Of a stretch of 64,000 nucleotides of DNA, positions 32,255-40,917 are shown in pieces. Location of the stretch: the IMG/VR virus record IMGVR_UViG_3300045988_165047, one strand, 5' to 3'. The translations under genes were made by a program, and so were the position numbers. The first letter of the stretch is position 1. Each line of letters begins with the position of its first letter. This stretch comes from a virus. Below the pieces are notes generated by a model. The model was not told the origin of the DNA. It searched no databases and saw only the letters and a program-made list of their open reading frames with translations.

Positions 32255-32262
32255 CAAAGATA
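32255..32262 (-). promoter_or_regulatory. -7 box TATCTTTG overlapping the palindrome CTTTGC-TAG-GCAAAG
   Basis: Plus-strand caaagata. The palindrome lies at 32245-32259, upstream of the SpoVS-like gene. Confidence 0.45.
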
Positions 32263-32272
32263 GGTAAAATAT

Positions 32273-32995
32273 CTAAGCTATTACAATTTTACCGACTACT
32301 TCCCCAGCTACCATCACGTAGTAAGTGCCGCTTTTTACTTTGTAGCCTACCTTCTGTACTTTAGCAATACCAGCCTCTACTTTAAGTAGGTCAAAGTAAT
32401 AAGGAAGGTAATCTTTCAGTGAAGGTTCATATACACCCTCTTCGGGAATTTCAGTACGAGTGCTATCCAAAAGTTTCCAACCAATATAGTTCATTTGGAA
32501 CTCTCGGTTAGAAGTGTTCTCCACTCTCATTGTAAGAACGAGATTTGAGAACCCGTCGGGAATAGCGTAGCTAGCGAGATTTTGGAACTGAATGTTTACC
32601 TTCCCATTTCCGTAGGTGAATGAGAGTTCGTCATCAACCCCGATTAGTTTCTCGGCAGAGATTGAGTCTTTGGATGTTGTTGTACCCTTATCGTAGGGGT
32701 CTTCTCCTAGAGGTACTGAACAACACTCCGAGGTGTCTCCTCCCCAAAGTGGGGAAACCTCATTTACGAGAATGCCTACCCAGATTAAGGTAGAGAACGC
32801 AAAAAGCGTTGTGAGAAGTGCGCTCGCTTTTTTCCCGAGGGCATAACCCAGAAGGATAGCGAACAGAATAGCCAAGATGAGGCTAACGAAGATAAATGAC
32901 ATAGCTATTATCGTTATTAAAGTTAGTATTGTCTGCACCAATATAGGCATCACCCATATCAGTACAAAGGGCTTGTTAGTTTTCGGAGAAGCCAT
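32273..32995 (-). CDS. Membrane protein with a C-terminal beta-rich (DUF4352-like?) domain
   Basis: 240 aa with three N-terminal hydrophobic helices. The C-terminal segment VLTMRVENTSNREFQMNYIGWKLLDSTRTEI is Ig-like. Confidence 0.6.
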   Translation of the reverse strand: MASPKTNKPFVLIWVMPILVQTILTLITIIAMSFIFVSLILAILFAILLGYALGKKASALLTTLFAFSTLIWVGILVNEVSPLWGGDTSECCSVPLGEDPYDKGTTTSKDSISAEKLIGVDDELSFTYGNGKVNIQFQNLASYAIPDGFSNLVLTMRVENTSNREFQMNYIGWKLLDSTRTEIPEEGVYEPSLKDYLPYYFDLLKVEAGIAKVQKVGYKVKSGTYYVMVAGEVVGKIVIA

Positions 32996-33432
32996 TACTT
33001 ATCAGTTTCAGCTTCCATTTCATGTACGAGGAGTTTCATATCCTCTGGAGCGATTAAGAACAGACACCCCTTAGCGCCTTTCTTTTTGATAGCGACTATG
33101 GGGACCTTCTTTTCTACCTTAGCCTTAGCCTTGGTGTCTTCGTAGAGTTCCCATAGAGAGAAGCTGGCACGGACCTTGCACTCAATATACACTCTCTCGT
33201 GTAAGGAGTCGCTATTAGTTCCGTGACCGCTATTACTTCCTGATAGTGGTACTCTTCTAGTAGAGAACATTGAAGCAACTTTGCGCTCAAAGGCTTTCCA
33301 CGTACTTTTACTAGTAGGGTTCTTAACCACCACATTATTGGAGCGTATTTGCTCCTTGGTCTTTCGTTTTCGTTTCGTTAGTGTGGGCATAGGCTTGTAG
33401 TTGAGAAGCCCAAAAACTTCAAAAGCATCCAA
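32995..33432 (-). CDS. PD-(D/E)XK nuclease, Hjc-like (putative Holliday junction resolvase), copy 1
   Basis: FERKVASMF..RRVPLSGS...SDSL...VYIECKV follows the E...SG...D...ExK pattern. The N-terminus is basic. Confidence 0.55.
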   Translation of the reverse strand: MDAFEVFGLLNYKPMPTLTKRKRKTKEQIRSNNVVVKNPTSKSTWKAFERKVASMFSTRRVPLSGSNSGHGTNSDSLHERVYIECKVRASFSLWELYEDTKAKAKVEKKVPIVAIKKKGAKGCLFLIAPEDMKLLVHEMEAETDK

Positions 33433-33464
33433 AATTTTGGAGTTTCGTAGTTCTTGGGCTGTTC

Positions 33465-33695
33465 CTAATCCTTAGAGGGCGTTTCCTCTATGAGAGGGTT
33501 GTTTCGGTCTCGTAGTTCTTCCAACTGTCCAGAGTCACCTGAACAGCAAGAAGAACTATACTCTTCTCTCTGCGCTTTCAACTCTGAGAGGATGCTCCTT
33601 CGGATAGCCTCTAACTTACGAGTGACCGCAAATATAACAAATACCCACACTAGAACACTAAGTGTCCATAGCGCCAATAGAGTTGCTAATGACAT
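33465..33695 (-). CDS. Small membrane protein
   Basis: 76 aa with the N-terminal helix LATLLALWTLSVLVWVFVIFAV. Confidence 0.5.
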   Translation of the reverse strand: MSLATLLALWTLSVLVWVFVIFAVTRKLEAIRRSILSELKAQREEYSSSCCSGDSGQLEELRDRNNPLIEETPSKD

Positions 33696-33697
33696 AT

Positions 33698-33817
33698 CTA
33701 TTCTTTACTACATAAGTGAATTACAGCTATCACAAGAAAGATTACAGATACAATGATTATGCCGAGGCAAATATCTTGTATCAGCGCATCCTCTTGGAGT
33801 TGGTCGTAAGGTAACAT
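33698..33817 (-). CDS. Possible 39-aa membrane peptide
   Basis: Not in the ORF track (under 60 aa). My translation is MLPYDQLQEDALIQDICLGIIIVSVIFLVIAVIHLCSKE. Its stop lies 2 nt before the next ATG. Confidence 0.35.
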   Translation of the reverse strand: MLPYDQLQEDALIQDICLGIIIVSVIFLVIAVIHLCSKE

Positions 33818-33834
33818 ACTTCTATATCCCTCAG

Positions 33835-34413
33835 TTAGTAGGTCTTCCCGTGAAGGGGAGGACGTGTCTTGTTGTAGCGCATCTTCAATTCAATATGACC
33901 CATAAGGTCTATACCCATAGAATCTGCGATGGAGAATATGCTGGCTATCGTTGTAGTTACTTCCTGTCCCTTTATAGGGTAGCCCTTAGTTAGGTCAAGA
34001 GTGACTACCCAAAGAAGGTGTGCAAGAGTAGGTCCTGCTAAGAACTCCTTACGGGTATCCATTGCCTCATTGATGTCAGCAACGTTTTCCGCTCCGTAGA
34101 CCTCGATAAAGTAACCATAAAGGTCAAGAAGTCTAATAACAGCATCAGCAAGTTCATCTTCCACGGAATCCTTAACACCCCAAAGGAAAGCCTGAATAAA
34201 CTTGGACCCCGTAAGAGGGTAGATGTCTACTAGTGGCGTTCTAGAGCGTTTCTTAATTCGGTCGGAAGCAATAGCCTCACTAAGCTCTGTTACTACGAGC
34301 ATATAATAGTGGGCTAAGTGTTGGGGAGGAGTCCAGAACCCTTTAGCGACTGAGTCTGCGTGGGCGATTATGGCTACCTCCTTTAGGTTATCCCTCTTAA
34401 ATGGAGTCTCCAT
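33835..34413 (-). CDS. MazG-like nucleoside triphosphate pyrophosphohydrolase
   Basis: VVTELSEAIA and SVEDELADAVIRLLDL resemble the MazG E-x2-E / E-x2-D metal motifs. The start is trimmed to METPFKR, which abuts the upstream stop. Confidence 0.6.
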   Translation of the reverse strand: METPFKRDNLKEVAIIAHADSVAKGFWTPPQHLAHYYMLVVTELSEAIASDRIKKRSRTPLVDIYPLTGSKFIQAFLWGVKDSVEDELADAVIRLLDLYGYFIEVYGAENVADINEAMDTRKEFLAGPTLAHLLWVVTLDLTKGYPIKGQEVTTTIASIFSIADSMGIDLMGHIELKMRYNKTRPPLHGKTY

Positions 34414-34414
34414 A

Positions 34415-34627
34415 CTATTTGTGGTGGTACGTTGGGTCTTCCTCTGTGTATGCAAGGTACACACCCAGCAGTAGGAAAACTGCCTGTAATACTAAGAGCA
34501 GAAGACCTACAAGGCGTAGGTAGTAATAGTGGAAGAGTTCCGCCATAGCTATGAATGCTACCCCTAAAGAGAGGAAAAACAAGAATAGCACAAGAAGAAC
34601 TATTGAGAAGTTAAGTCTGTTGTTCAT
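34415..34627 (-). CDS. Small two-helix membrane protein
   Basis: Trimmed to MNNRLNF. Very hydrophobic. Confidence 0.5.
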   Translation of the reverse strand: MNNRLNFSIVLLVLFLFFLSLGVAFIAMAELFHYYYLRLVGLLLLVLQAVFLLLGVYLAYTEEDPTYHHK

Positions 34628-34628
34628 C

Positions 34629-35078
34629 CTATTGTGAGATATAAACACCTCTACGAGTAAGCTCTCTACTAAGAATAGCGAGAACGTTCCCAAAGGAGGT
34701 GAGTTTCTGTGAGAGTAGAGATTGGTATATCTCCGCCTCGGTTAGTTCTTTTGATAGTCGTTGTACCTCGGGGTTGGACCTTGCACTTGCTTTACGCTCG
34801 GTAACGGTGTCCCCCGTTGCATTGAGGAGACTTCTATCCTCTGCGTTGTCGTACTCAGACTTAATCTGAGCATAAACAGCGCACGCTTCTAGATGCCTAT
34901 CTTCTGTGTATTCTCTCCAAGCGGAGTACCTACACATCATATCACCCAAAGCATCAGAGGGAAGCTCTGAGATACGTGTGGGCATTGTAGGAAGACCTCC
35001 TTTCGGAGGCTCTACTGCTGTAAAGACACTTCTGAAAGACTCAAGAGGTGTCTTAGTTGGAATTTTTTTAGTGGGCAT
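34629..35078 (-). CDS. Hypothetical protein
   Basis: 149 aa, tiled. Confidence 0.6.
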   Translation of the reverse strand: MPTKKIPTKTPLESFRSVFTAVEPPKGGLPTMPTRISELPSDALGDMMCRYSAWREYTEDRHLEACAVYAQIKSEYDNAEDRSLLNATGDTVTERKASARSNPEVQRLSKELTEAEIYQSLLSQKLTSFGNVLAILSRELTRRGVYISQ

Positions 35079-35087
35079 AGTTACTTG

Positions 35088-35654
35088 TTACTTATAGTGG
35101 TCTACACTCCGATACTTTACTAACCGCTCTTTGTAGTGGTCAGTGCTATCATAACCACAGCATTTTTCCTCGGGGCAAAAGCCTCGGTAAATACACTCTG
35201 GTACGCACTTCTCAGCGAGGATGGGGTCTTGTTTACCTATCTCCTTGACTACCATTTTCCACGTCTTTCGTGTTTCCTTAGAAGAGAGGTAGCAAAGTCT
35301 CTTACGAGATATGTTAATGAGAGCTTGAGCATTGCAGGTCATTTCCATATCGTTCAGACTTCCTTGTGGGAGTTCGTCTCTCGGAACTTCAAGAGTAGTT
35401 CTATCCTCTCTCTGAGTGCGGACAAACTTCTCTACTCCGATATGGTGACGAACAAGATGTACCGACACCCATTGACGAATATCCTCAATAGAAATGTCGT
35501 ACTCTATCAAACGTATGGGGCTATGTTCGGATAGGAGCATTCGTGCCCTCCATCGGTCACTTGGTTCCTTCCCAATATCACCCTTTCCGACCGTCTTACG
35601 AGCCATACGTAAGGCACGTCTCCAAGGTGTTACCTGCTCAACACTAACTTTCAT
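35088..35654 (-). CDS. ThyX (Thy1)-like flavin-dependent thymidylate synthase family, divergent
   Basis: LSEHSPIRLIEYDISIEDIRQWVSVHLVRHHIGVEKFVRTQR resembles the ThyX core, but it has RHH instead of RHR and lacks the usual Ser. It is short (188 aa). Confidence 0.5.
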   Translation of the reverse strand: MKVSVEQVTPWRRALRMARKTVGKGDIGKEPSDRWRARMLLSEHSPIRLIEYDISIEDIRQWVSVHLVRHHIGVEKFVRTQREDRTTLEVPRDELPQGSLNDMEMTCNAQALINISRKRLCYLSSKETRKTWKMVVKEIGKQDPILAEKCVPECIYRGFCPEEKCCGYDSTDHYKERLVKYRSVDHYK

Positions 35655-36006
35655 ATTCTTCTTTTATGATTTCTTTCAGAACTGCTTCCACTCTCCACCA
35701 CATACGATGTACTACAAAGCGGATAACAGAGGTTTGCTTCTCGGAGAAGTTATTCTGCGTAGTAAATTCCTCCACTACGTCATAGAGTTCTTTACGTACT
35801 GATAACCCTTTAGTGAGTTGCTCTCCGAGTTGGGCGTAATGTACTGCCTTCTCAAGGTCAATTCTACCGCCCTTGTTCTTGTACCGACTTACATACTTGA
35901 CTATGCTCCCTTGCACAAAGTCAAGGTTAGTCTCGGTTATGAACTTTATAGGTTCGTAGGGGAGCTTATAGTGGCTTCCCCCAACTTGTTTATCTAAAGC
36001 GCTCAT
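35644..36006 (-). CDS. DUF3310-like protein
   Basis: VGGSHYKLPYEPIKFI...GSIVKYVSRYKNKGGRIDLEKAVHY follows the DUF3310 pattern. Confidence 0.6.
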   Translation of the reverse strand: MSALDKQVGGSHYKLPYEPIKFITETNLDFVQGSIVKYVSRYKNKGGRIDLEKAVHYAQLGEQLTKGLSVRKELYDVVEEFTTQNNFSEKQTSVIRFVVHRMWWRVEAVLKEIIKEEYES

Positions 36007-36875
36007 TCCTTAAAGCATAAATCACGGAAGATACAGCTAAAGGCTCTATCACACCTAGGGGTATCACAAGAGCGTTTAGGCAAAGTACCCTCCTTGATAT
36101 GGTTAATCACGTTGTCCATCTTTTTGTCCGCCACAGCGAGTTCTTCCTCATTGATAGGCATAAGGAACTCTTTTATTTCAGAGGTGTCCTTATTGATGTA
36201 CAGATAGAGGACCTTCTTAATACCGAGTTCTCTAGCATATAGAGAGGCTTGAAACTCGTGCTTCTTAAAGGGGCGGAAAACGGCTCGTTGGTAAGACCAA
36301 CTATTCATAGTCTTAATCTCTAAGACCACACGTTCACCATACACGCTCTCCTTAATAACTCCGTCCGCTTTACCATTGATATAGCGTTCCTTGTTAATCA
36401 CGGGAACCTCCGCTTGTTCAAGCACCCCCTTTGCATACAAGATATTCTGTATGTAGATGTGATACCACGTTCCCGTATCAAAGATACGTTGTAAGGAGGG
36501 GCTTATCGTAGAGAGCACCTTATTACTAGGAGGTGTTCCACCAAGCTCATAAGCAAAAGCACGCTCACACCCATCAAGAAGTTGGGAGGGGTGAAATACC
36601 CCGTAGCTTCTTTTATCGGGAGCCATCACTAAGGAGTATAGCTTACTGAACTCAGCGAAGAACTCTTCTCGTTTGAAGTCGCCCTCCTCCAATGTTCGGA
36701 GCATCTTCTTCATAGCCCTTCGTACACCGATAAGAGAGAAAGCTCCAACAGCGGTAACCCCTTCAACGCAGGCAGAGTCTATGGTGTCTACTATCGTTGG
36801 TTTCTTTCCTTCGGTCTTTTCAGATATTCTCCGTAGGACTTTTCCCAACCCCTTTCGTGAACTACTCATTGCCAA
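36003..36875 (-). CDS. PD-(D/E)XK exonuclease, Cas4/RecB-like with a C-terminal Cys cluster
   Basis: GKADGVIKE...VVLEIKT (D...ExK) plus C-terminal CDTPRCDRAFSCIFRDLC. An N-terminal Cys may complete a 4Cys Fe-S site. Confidence 0.7.
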   Translation of the reverse strand: MAMSSSRKGLGKVLRRISEKTEGKKPTIVDTIDSACVEGVTAVGAFSLIGVRRAMKKMLRTLEEGDFKREEFFAEFSKLYSLVMAPDKRSYGVFHPSQLLDGCERAFAYELGGTPPSNKVLSTISPSLQRIFDTGTWYHIYIQNILYAKGVLEQAEVPVINKERYINGKADGVIKESVYGERVVLEIKTMNSWSYQRAVFRPFKKHEFQASLYARELGIKKVLYLYINKDTSEIKEFLMPINEEELAVADKKMDNVINHIKEGTLPKRSCDTPRCDRAFSCIFRDLCFKE

Positions 36876-37134
36876 CCACCTCGTAGATTTTGTAAGAGCT
36901 GATTTGGGGATGCTTCTTACGATAGCACTTTACAAAATCACGCATACACTCTCTAGCGGTAAAGGAGCCTCCGTACGTAGGGTTCTTAGGCTCACCATTA
37001 AGCAGGATTCTGTAACCATCGTTAAGAGGTTCTGTTGTGATATTTTCTTTACGGATGATGAAGTCAAATACAGAAGCGAGGTCCTCGGCTTCCATCTGGA
37101 CTATATTGAATCTGATAAGGAGATATTTTCTCAT
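36862..37134 (-). CDS. Hypothetical protein
   Basis: 90 aa. Confidence 0.5.
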   Translation of the reverse strand: MRKYLLIRFNIVQMEAEDLASVFDFIIRKENITTEPLNDGYRILLNGEPKNPTYGGSFTARECMRDFVKCYRKKHPQISSYKIYEVVGNE

Positions 37135-37248
37135 AAGATTTCTAAGCTAGTATTTAGGTAGGGTGGTTGGAGTTGCACCAACACAGCCTATTGGCACCCA
37201 CTTTAAGTAGGCTCGCTTACTACGTGCGCCACACCCTACACATTAGGC

Positions 37249-37315
37249 AACCCCATAGAGGACTTGAACCTCAATCTTTCCCGTCGGACTGCTCTAGCCA
37301 TTGAGCTAATGGGGG
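37249..37315 (-). other. Degenerate tRNA-like sequence (too short for a canonical tRNA)
   Basis: The minus strand has a good D-arm (GCTC-AATGGCTA-GAGC) and T-arm (GAGG-TTCAAGT-CCTC) and an acceptor stem CCCCCAT/ATGGGGT. Only about 16 nt lie where the anticodon arm and variable loop should be. Confidence 0.3.
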
Positions 37316-37479
37316 TAACGTAGGTACTTAGGAATTTGTTCGGTAACCTACTTGGTTGAGTATTAAAGTGACCCGAGTACTAACATATAGCTAATACAAT
37401 CTCAACACCGACTATCTACTTAACCCTCCTATGGGTCGTAGACCAGCAACCTTTAATAGGAATTATGTTGCATATTTTG

Positions 37480-37552
37480 TCACCTCAGCAGGACTTGAAC
37501 CTGCGACCCACGGGTTAAAAGCCCGTTGCTCTACCGACTGAGCTATAAGGTG
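37480..37552 (-). tRNA. tRNA-Lys: tRNA-Lys (anticodon UUU)
   Basis: Hand-folded cloverleaf. Acceptor CACCTTA/TGAGGTG, D-arm GCTC-AGTCGGTA-GAGC, anticodon arm ACGGG-CTTTTAA-CCCGT, T-arm GCAGG-TTCAAGT-CCTGC. No encoded CCA. Confidence 0.85.
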
Positions 37553-37650
37553 AAGTGGTGGTTTGAATTTTGACCCAACTCCTCCCAACCACCAAAGAGG
37601 AAGGTCCTACCAACTTAGCTTGATAGTGCTTGGCGACTGACAACCGCTCG

Positions 37651-37724
37651 TTTAGGAGGTGGGACTCGAACCCACGACCGATAGCTTAGAAGGCTATTGC
37701 TCTATCCAACTGAGCTACTCCTAA
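37651..37724 (-). tRNA. tRNA-Arg: tRNA-Arg (anticodon UCU)
   Basis: Hand-folded cloverleaf. Acceptor TTAGGAG/CTCCTAA, D-arm GCTC-AGTTGGATA-GAGC, anticodon arm ATAGC-CTTCTAA-GCTAT, T-arm GTGGG-TTCGAGT-CCCAC. No encoded CCA. Confidence 0.85.
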
Positions 37725-37768
37725 ATAATAGGTGGCAGAACTAACTCTGTAATTGTATATCTGCACCT

Positions 37769-37880
37769 CCCAGCAGGCTTCCAAAATGCTGGGCGTTCTA
37801 ATTAAACTACACCTAACAGCGTGGGAAATCCCAAAACCCACGCTACTCACTCAAGCAACGTAGCACCCAGACGGCTACGT
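37769..37880 (-). terminator. Three consecutive 7-8 bp stem-loops between the vWA gene and the tRNAs
   Basis: Stem-loops at 37769-37793 (cccagca/tgctggg), 37818-37844 (agcgtggg/cccacgct) and 37858-37880 (acgtagc/gctacgt). None has a clear U-run. A TAACTTTG box (37884-37891) precedes them. Confidence 0.4.
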
Positions 37881-37888
37881 GTGCAAAG

Positions 37889-39697
37889 TTAGGAAATTCT
37901 TACCGAAGCGTTATCAACCACAGCCTTTTTAATTATCCTTCCGAGGTCTATCGCAAGCGTAGACATATTCTCTAGGATAACATAATGCTTGAACATCTTA
38001 GCTGGGTCGTAAACGTGGTTAATACAAACCTGAATAACGCTAAAGTTCATCTTCTCCACAAGAGAGACCTTATTACGAACGTCTCTTACAGCTTCGTCCC
38101 CACCATAACCTCCAGCGCAAGGAGCACCATCTGAGATTACGAACATTATTACGGGGGTCTTAGTCATAGAGCGTACTCGCTTTGCAGTCTCATATATGGC
38201 AGTTCCGTCTCTATTCTGATAACGTTCACGAGAAGTTCCCAAAGAGTACTTAGGGCGATAGCGTCCCTCTCGGTAGATGAATATCTCTGTTGTTCTATCA
38301 CGTAAATCGTCTCCCGAGTGCCCATAGATGAATAACTCAACTTGTGGAACACCTCCTACGGCTTCATTGATTAGCACAGCAGTATCTCGTGCACTTTGTA
38401 TTCTACTACCACACATAGAACCACTCTCGTCAATAAGAACGCAGATGGCTATCTTGTCGGTTTTCACCTCGCCCTCTCTGATGTAGACACTAGGAACTCC
38501 TTGTACCGCCTCAGCGAGTTTGTTAGTATCAAGAACACCGCTTCGCATAGACCTATGTATCAGCTTATACTCTTTGCAGTGTCCCTTGATTACTTTAGCT
38601 ATGGCAGGAATATACCTTTTCACTCTATCAAGAGAGACTAGATAAGTGGAGGCATCTTCGGGAGCCTTAATGAACACAACGTCCTTTGTAGTCTCCTCCA
38701 TAGTCCCCTCAATGATGTGAGAGGAAACCGCATCACGAAGTGCCCCACACTTATCAACGTCCTTAGAGGACTTAGTGGGCTTAATCTCTCGTAAGATTTC
38801 ACGGAAGGTTTCTTCGGACGCATCCATATCCTCCGACATACGTTCCTCCGCACGGGCGATTTCTTCTTCGGTGGGTTCTCCTTCTCCCGAAGCACCACCA
38901 CTCTTCTCCCTTTCATCCTCAATGTAGAGGTCACGAATAATCTCAAAGATGTCTCTTGCCAATTCAAGGCAGTCATCATTATTCGTGGGGTAAGGTAACG
39001 TTACCTCCTTAATCCGCACCATATAGTCATAGAACTCTATGATGTCCTTTTCCTCTATGTACTTTGGATAACGGATAATCTTTAGTAGGAGATTTACCGC
39101 CTTTTCGTAGAGGTTCAACTCTCTCTTCATTGACTCCAGAGTGTCTATGTAAACGTGGTCAAACACGTAGTACTTAACCTTCTCTAGGAAGTTTGCGAGA
39201 CCTGGTTTTTCCTCTCCGATTAGTCGCTCAATTCGTTCATCTTCTACGATGTTCCAAATCGTGTGGATAGGTTTAGGAAGAGTACCTAAAGAGGAGAGGT
39301 CTGTGTAAAGTAGATGTGCCGCTTCGTGTACCGCAATACCAATAAACACGTCTACCTTTTCTCCCAAGGATAACTCTGGTTCGTCAAACACCTTAGTGGA
39401 GCAATGTAGTAGCTTCCCGTCAGTATAGCTATCAGAAGAGGAGGACACCTTAATAGATACCTTAAAAGGAATGTCCATACTGATGACAGTCTCACTCGCT
39501 AATGAGTAGGCACGTTTGAGAACGTCCATTTCACTAAGCGTGGTATCTAAGAAGTAAGAGGAGTAAGAAGTACCCTCTAGGCGTTCCTCCCAACCAAGTC
39601 TTCCAGTAGTTCTCTTATGAACGTAGGTCTCACCATCTCGGTCAAACCAATCGTCCATAAGAGCGTCTACCATTTCATCGGTGATTATCTTGCTCAT
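37889..39697 (-). CDS. vWA-domain protein with an N-terminal HExxH region (CobT-like / DUF2201-like)
   Basis: C-terminal MIDAS motif VLIDESGSM, N-terminal IAVHEAAHLLY (HExxH), and a central acidic linker EDEREKSGGASGEGEPTEEE. 4-nt overlap with the upstream AAA+ gene. Confidence 0.75.
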   Translation of the reverse strand: MSKIITDEMVDALMDDWFDRDGETYVHKRTTGRLGWEERLEGTSYSSYFLDTTLSEMDVLKRAYSLASETVISMDIPFKVSIKVSSSSDSYTDGKLLHCSTKVFDEPELSLGEKVDVFIGIAVHEAAHLLYTDLSSLGTLPKPIHTIWNIVEDERIERLIGEEKPGLANFLEKVKYYVFDHVYIDTLESMKRELNLYEKAVNLLLKIIRYPKYIEEKDIIEFYDYMVRIKEVTLPYPTNNDDCLELARDIFEIIRDLYIEDEREKSGGASGEGEPTEEEIARAEERMSEDMDASEETFREILREIKPTKSSKDVDKCGALRDAVSSHIIEGTMEETTKDVVFIKAPEDASTYLVSLDRVKRYIPAIAKVIKGHCKEYKLIHRSMRSGVLDTNKLAEAVQGVPSVYIREGEVKTDKIAICVLIDESGSMCGSRIQSARDTAVLINEAVGGVPQVELFIYGHSGDDLRDRTTEIFIYREGRYRPKYSLGTSRERYQNRDGTAIYETAKRVRSMTKTPVIMFVISDGAPCAGGYGGDEAVRDVRNKVSLVEKMNFSVIQVCINHVYDPAKMFKHYVILENMSTLAIDLGRIIKKAVVDNASVRIS

Positions 39698-40917
39698 CGG
39701 CTCATAATGATTTTATTGACGATACCTCGTTCTCCTTCAGCCTTTGAACCTTCAAACATAGGCAGTATGCACAGGTCCATAGCGGTTATCGTGTCCCACC
39801 CATCAGAGATTAGCTGAGCGGTCATCAAGGTCTCTCTCGTGGAGATTGTTGTGGAGAGTTCTCCCTTTCGGAACAGACTTCTTATTGAGGTAGCCACCTT
39901 AACGATATGTTCCGCATTTTCAAAGGGGATGCGAGCACGCTGGACTAGAACCTTCTCCTCTTCCTTGGGGGGTAGGTAGTCTAACTCAATAGGGAAGAAC
40001 CTACCAACGAGTGCTCGGTCAAGGGACATAGTTCCTGAGTACTCACTACCCACGTTAGCGGTAGCTATAAACACACACTCCTTATGGACCTTGACACTTC
40101 GTAGGTCATCACCACCTGCGAGTTCCACGGGAAGCGTTCGCCGACTATCCAAGCAGGGGAATAAGATGTTATTAGTAGTTACGGGCGCACGGCTAAGTTC
40201 GTCCAGAATGATGACGCAGGGCTTCTGAATATCCTGTGTAAACTTTGCGTAGTCAAACACACTCTCTCCACCCTTCTTCAAGCGGTGAACACCTAAGAGA
40301 CCTGCGATTGGGTCGTACATACTACCCATATCGTACACACAGCACTCCTTCTCCAGCTTTTCACAAGCGAGCATCACAAGCTCCGTTTTACCAGACCCCG
40401 TAGGTCCAACCATTAGAGTGTTCGTACCTGTTATGATGTTTCGGAGAAGAAGCTGCCAATCGTTTTTACTTACGAAGAACCCATCATCTAAGATAGTAGG
40501 CCTATGGTACTTCAGCGAACTGAGCGTTTCTCTTACGGGGGTGCGCTTTCTTGGGCGGTAGATAACCTCCTCACCAACCTCCATAACAGAGGCTTCCTCA
40601 GAAGAGGAAACAGATGATACTCCGATGTATGCTTCATAAGCACGTATCATATCAGAAGGAGGTCTGTGCATTTCTTCCTTGTACTCGGTAACGTTCATAG
40701 GGTAAATCCTATCACTCGTTCCGTAGTACCCAGAGTGTACTTGCAGTCCTTCACCACCGAAGATGGTTCCGATAGGGTAAGCTATGCGAACGCTCTTATC
40801 TGCCTGCACATTGAGTGTAGTGTTTACAGCAGAGCCGTCCTCAAGGGTCTGTCCAGACAAGGCTCTAAGTCTTGTTCTGGCTCCGTCATTGACGGTCTTG
40901 AAAAAGTAGTACTTCAT
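39694..40917 (-). CDS. AAA+ ATPase (MoxR/CobS-like)
   Basis: Walker A LMVGPTGSGKTEL and Walker B CVIILDELSRA. About 150 aa at the N-terminus are unrecognised. Confidence 0.8.
   Translation of the reverse strand: MKYYFFKTVNDGARTRLRALSGQTLEDGSAVNTTLNVQADKSVRIAYPIGTIFGGEGLQVHSGYYGTSDRIYPMNVTEYKEEMHRPPSDMIRAYEAYIGVSSVSSSEEASVMEVGEEVIYRPRKRTPVRETLSSLKYHRPTILDDGFFVSKNDWQLLLRNIITGTNTLMVGPTGSGKTELVMLACEKLEKECCVYDMGSMYDPIAGLLGVHRLKKGGESVFDYAKFTQDIQKPCVIILDELSRAPVTTNNILFPCLDSRRTLPVELAGGDDLRSVKVHKECVFIATANVGSEYSGTMSLDRALVGRFFPIELDYLPPKEEEKVLVQRARIPFENAEHIVKVATSIRSLFRKGELSTTISTRETLMTAQLISDGWDTITAMDLCILPMFEGSKAEGERGIVNKIIMSR

Noticed and set aside
37249-37315. The truncated tRNA-like sequence as an attP core, indicating a temperate, tRNA-integrating phage.
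   Set aside because: No integrase, excision or repressor module is recognisable in the window. The only tyrosine-nucleophile enzyme has TopIB motifs rather than recombinase motifs. The idea cannot be supported from this sequence.
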